The notes under the pieces: generated by a model
What the model was told of the DNA's origin: nothing
The model's input: only the letters and a program-made list of their open reading frames with translations
The model's database searches: none
Shown here: positions 59,382 through 64,000 of the stretch, piece after piece
How the letters are laid out: the number at the start of each line of letters is the position of its first letter
Position numbering within the stretch: the first letter of the stretch is position 1
Translations under genes and position numbers: made by a program
From: Octopus vulgaris
Lineage: Eukaryota
Length of the DNA: 64,000 nucleotides
Assembly (NCBI GenBank): GCA_951406725.2
Contig: OX597816.1
Location: 58,404,001-58,468,000, forward strand
Direction of reading: 5' to 3'

Positions 59382-60142
59382 CGAGAGGGTAACCAATAAA
59401 AACCGGAATTTTGAAATATCATTTCGTTCACTTAGTTTTACATGTTTACACTTTTATCACCTTCGAAGTATTCTCCATTTGAAGCAATGCATCGGTCCAG
59501 ACGCATTTTTCACGGTTCGAAGCAGTGCTTGAACTCTTGCGAAGCGATTCCTTTTCACGCCTCTGAGGTTTTTCTTTTTCTTCAGCTCTTCCACATCTTC
59601 AAATTCCGTAACACCAGCTTTCATCACAATTGTTCACCCTCGAAAAAAGGTTCGGATCCTTGAGTTACTTCAGTTCACGACATGCATTCAGTCGCGACTG
59701 CTTTTGATCTTCCGTGAGCAAGCGAGGAGCAAATTTTGCTCGGACCCTCCGTGAAATTCGAGTTTCTGCTGAGGAAAACGGCGGCGGCCGACACAGCTGT
59801 AATGTTTCAAGGCCGCTGCCATGAGCAAAACACAAGTTTGCGAATGGTTTTCAAGCTTTAGGAATGGTCACTTGTCGTTTGAAGACCAACCTCGTTCAGG
59901 ACGACAATCGATCTTCCGAGCGAATGAAAACATCATGAAAATTCATGAAGTGATCGTGGAGGACCGTCACCGAGGAATTGAAGAACTTGTTGGTATGACT
60001 GGTTTGCTCTGAAGCTCCTGCCAACAAATTTTGAGAGAGGAATTGCGAATGGAAAGAGTTGCAGCAAAATTTGTGCCTCTCTTGCTCACCGAAGATCAAA
60101 AGCAGTCGCGACTGAATGCGTGTCGTGAATTGAAAGAACAGC
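59382..60142 (+). mobile_element. Mariner transposon 5' half (irritans/Hsmar2-like), truncated
   Basis: TA-CGAGAGGGTAACC...AACCGGAAT terminus; MSKTQVCEWF..F..G...EDQPRSGR HTH; VAAKFVPLLLT (WVPHEL-equivalent); one in-frame stop; no catalytic domain. Confidence 0.88.
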
Positions 60143-61212
60143 ATACAATCCCTAAAATCTCCCAGAACAAATCATCAAAAATAATCCCGTTTCTAAGGTC
60201 TCCCGTTAGTAAAACAGGGAAAAACGTTTCAAAAGAAGATATGTTGAAACACCGATATTTGTACTGGAGTGGTAGTTGAGTAGGAGCGTTAGTGTGAGGT
60301 ACAGGGACATTGTCAGTTTATGATATCGACTCTGTTTTCCTTTCTCCTTCAGTTACACCTTAACTACTCTATTTTCTGCTTTCTCCATGTGTCACACTTA
60401 ATACACGCATATATTTGCACATGTACCAACACAATTATTCCCTCGTTTCTCTTAGACGACATCGTATAGACCATATATGCTGAAACAATGTAGTTATTAG
60501 AATTCCTCATTTGAAAATTATTCCTTCGGAAACTTAGTATACGTGTTCAAACAGCAGTCACTCAGCTTGACACAGTCGTTACGGATGAGGGATATAAAGG
60601 CGGAGTTAAGGGCTTGCTGAAACTTCAGGACTTGCTCAAACTCACTGATATATTTTTCTTTCTGTTCTGCAAGTTTTTCATATATACCTAACATAATCTG
60701 TAAATACCTTCGTACCGGTGAGGTCATTCACGACTATGAGAAGTCAAACAACCCTGGTTACTTTCAACAATAGCTGAAAAATTAATAGTGTAAAGGTTTT
60801 CACGAATATAGATGATCTGATCGAAAGTATAAAAGATTATAGATTCAGACAAGATAAAGACGTCTGTAGATTCCATTGTCTAAGTAAGTCTTCTAAAGAG
60901 GAAGAAATAGAAAACAAAATAAAGCACTTATTTCTTTTTCTTTTATACTTCCATATTTTTTTTTATCACAAACTTTTTATTTTGCTCATAAGTTCTTGCG
61001 AGAACATCCTCCCCGTTCTTAAACTAGCAAAAGCCGTGAAGCTCTCATCTCATGGCTATTATTTATTAACATTAAGTATATAAAATGGTTCTTTTCATTA
61101 ATACACTAGTATGATTAAGATGTCGCTATCATTTTATGAATAATTCAATATTCTTGTGTTTAGTATTAGTGTTTTGTATATCATTTTTAAATCAAGGCCT
61201 CGAAATACCTAT

Positions 61213-61555
61213 AGCACTCCGTCGGTTACAACGACGAGGGTTCCAGTTGATCCAATCGACGGAACAGCCTGCTCGTGAAATTAACGTGCACTCCACAGAC
61301 ACGTGTACCCTTAACGTAGTTCTCGGGGAGATTCGGAGTGTGACAAGGCTGGCCCTTTGAAATACAGGTACAACAGAAAGAGGAAGAAAGAGTGTGAGAA
61401 AGTTGTGGTGAAAGAGTACAGCAGAGTTCGCCATCGCCCCCTGGCAGAGCCTCGTGGAGCTTTAGGTGTTTTTCGTTCAATAAACAATCACAACGGCCGG
61501 TCTGGGAATCGAAACCGCGTGTCCACTGCCTTAACCACTGGGCCGCTGCGCCTCT
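61213..61555 (-). mobile_element. Chimeric SINE: family C head and body with a family D tail
   Basis: 61380-61555 matches 25455-25630 in reverse; 61213-61372 matches 14005-14182 in reverse. Confidence 0.85.
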
Positions 61556-61637
61556 ACTCGAAATACCAGTCTTGTTACGCATACATTAGTATTTAATAAC
61601 CAGTATATGTATTGAATTTGTATTCACGCGTTTAGAG

Positions 61638-61985
61638 AAGGCGGCGACCTGGCAGAACTGGGAGTATGCTGAGCGAAATACCTATTCCTTTGCTACCCAC
61701 AAGGGGCTAAACACAGAGAGGACAAAAAATGATAGACAAACGGATTAGGTCAATTAGATCGACCCCAGTGCTAACTGGTACTTATTTAATCGACCCCGAA
61801 AGGATGAAAGGCAAAGTCGACCTGGGTGGAATTTGAACTCAGAACGTAACGGCAGACGAAATACGGCTACGCATTTCGCCCGGCGTGCTAACGTTTCTGC
61901 CAGCGGTTGAGCACTGGGGTTGATGTAATCGAATAGCCCTCTCCCTCAAAATTGCTGCTCCTGAGGCAAAATTTGAAACCATTAT
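61638..61985. mobile_element. SINE family B composite: plus head, minus-strand copy, plus tail
   Basis: AAGGCGGCGACCTGGCAGAA (+), 61676-61905 (-), GTTGAGCACTGGGG...AAATTTGAAACC (+). Confidence 0.75.
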
Positions 61986-63009
61986 ATCACAAGAGTGTTG
62001 CTCGTAAAATAACAGGTAATTTTGGAAATATATTTTTAGCATCATTGGTAATATCAGGAAATCTGGCACGCATACAATAAACATGATTAAATTCTTATCA
62101 AATTTTTATGCTTATATAAAATAAGGAAATGAATATCAACTTTCAAAGGAAAAGTCTTTATCACTTTAAAATAAATAAATTCTTTAAGTAAATTCTTTAA
62201 ATAAATAAATAAATTCTTAACTGCTTACTTGCAACAGACGTATGCCGAATAAAATGCTTAGCGGCATTTAGTCTGTCCTTACGGAAGGCGTTCAAGTTCC
62301 ACCGAGGTCGACTTTGCCTTTCATCCTTTCGGGGTCCAAAATTCTACCAACATAATCGCAATGTTCTCCATCAAAAACTTATATCTGCAAAATTTGAACT
62401 CCTCTGCTTCCACCTCCCATCTTCCTTCTACACCTCCTCCTCCTCCCTCCTTGTACACCTCTTCCTCCTTCGCCTCCTTCTTCCTCACTTCCTCATTCCT
62501 CACCCCTCCTCTTCCTCTTTCTTCTCTTCCTCCTCTTCCTCCTCCTCCTCCCTCCTCCCTTTCCACTTCAGTCTGTGTGATATTATTTCTCACTATGCTT
62601 ATGTGTAACATTCTTTTACTCATCGCTCGTCACCAAGCCTAGTATGTGCATTCATCCTGCACCTCTTATGTTAACTCTCATTTACTCCTCTCCCCCTCTC
62701 TCTCTCTACATGACATACAGCATGACTGGAAAAATCAACCAACCAACCAGCCTTTACATATCGGCTATTATTATATAAAGATTTTATGAAACTTTAAAAG
62801 ATTTAAAAGCTTGCGGGACACGAACATCGTTTCTATCACTAGGAGGCTAACCACATTTACGATTAAACCACAAAGCGGATGCCAAATACGGCCTTTTTTC
62901 CCTCCCAAATTACGTACTTAAATCTATAAAACTATTTTTTCTTCCCCTTTTTTTTAACTGAACTATTTTTATCATCCTGAGATAAATGGTCAGTTATTTC
63001 GCATAGCAT

Positions 63010-63054
<45 letters not shown>

Positions 63055-63118
63055 GCTGTACATACATACATATACATATATATACATACATACATGCATA
63101 CATACATACATACATACA

Positions 63119-63191
<73 letters not shown>

Positions 63192-63390
63192 ACATATATA
63201 TATATGTATGTATATATATATATACATACACACACACACACATATATATATATATATTTATGTTTGTATGGATATATGTGTGTATGTATGTATGTATGCA
63301 ATATGTGTATATATATATATGTATGTATGCATGTATGTATATATGTATGTATATATGTATGTATGCATGTATGTGTGTGTATATATTTTA
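63010..63390. repeat. Compound (TA)/(TACA)/(TATG) microsatellite, representative of many others in the window
   Basis: Direct reading; similar blocks at 7420-8130, 8510-8970, 12190-12680, 48420-48830 and 57940-58730. Confidence 0.95.
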
Positions 63391-63911
63391 TGTGGTAGTT
63401 CTTCACCTCCATCGGCTGTTAAGTACGCTCAGTAACAAAGCAATTATCTTGTAGAGATAAGAATTATGCGCGGTAAATAAAAATAGCAGACACAAATAAT
63501 TAAAGTGGCTAATTTTAGAAGATGTATGTGATATTGTGTCTTAAGAACATAAATTAATAGAAAAAGAGAGTTTTAATGGCATCATACGGGAAGTGAGATA
63601 ATGTCAACTGAAAATAACAACATTCTTACATACTCCACATTTAAGCAGTTATCGCCATTGTACGGAGTGCGACATAAAAACCTCCCATATTTTGTACAGC
63701 CCTTGGTATGTCACTAATAAAGTTAGGCTGATGATAAAAGCATCCTCATGTAGCTAATGTCTTATTGTTTCTCCTACTAAAATATTATTGGGATTCAATG
63801 TTCTGTTTGCAGTGTGGTTGCTATTGAAACGTTTGTCAGCCTTTGAAATGTTTGAGATTTTCTGCCGTGGATTTAACTGTACGCACACACACACACACGC
63901 GCACACATGTA

Positions 63912-63961
<50 letters not shown>

Positions 63962-64000
63962 GATAAAAATAGTTATCGCCTGTCTATGGGGTTACCCATG

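Noticed and set aside
63985-64000. TATGGGGTTACCCA, same as the start of the 28882 MITE
   Set aside because: Only 14 bp at the window edge; cannot be verified.

Overview
Eukaryotic, AT-rich, repeat-saturated non-coding DNA with no recognisable host gene exon. Nearly all ORFs in the six-frame track are translations of microsatellites. The mix of repeat families resembles an octopus or other coleoid cephalopod genome; this is recognition, not a database result. Contents: (i) dozens of tRNA-derived SINEs from at least four modular families; (ii) a full-length dead IR/DR-type Tc1 (DD34E) at 29691-31427, plus decayed mariner and rosa-like elements and a long-TIR MITE; (iii) 3' fragments of RTE, CR1/Jockey, L1/Tx1-like and many R4/Dong-type LINEs, the last all sitting in (TAA)n tracts; (iv) short non-coding inserts in (TA)n/(CA)n tracts that form long near-perfect palindromes or inverted repeats, several with minimal type-I hammerhead ribozyme motifs, consistent with Penelope-like element pseudo-LTR remnants. 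Best leads: the hammerhead/hairpin inserts, a 139-bp locally templated insertion inside the Tc1 transposase, and a SINE tail that matches the 3' end of an adjacent L1/Tx1-like LINE. Coordinates were read by eye, so boundaries of decayed elements are approximate.
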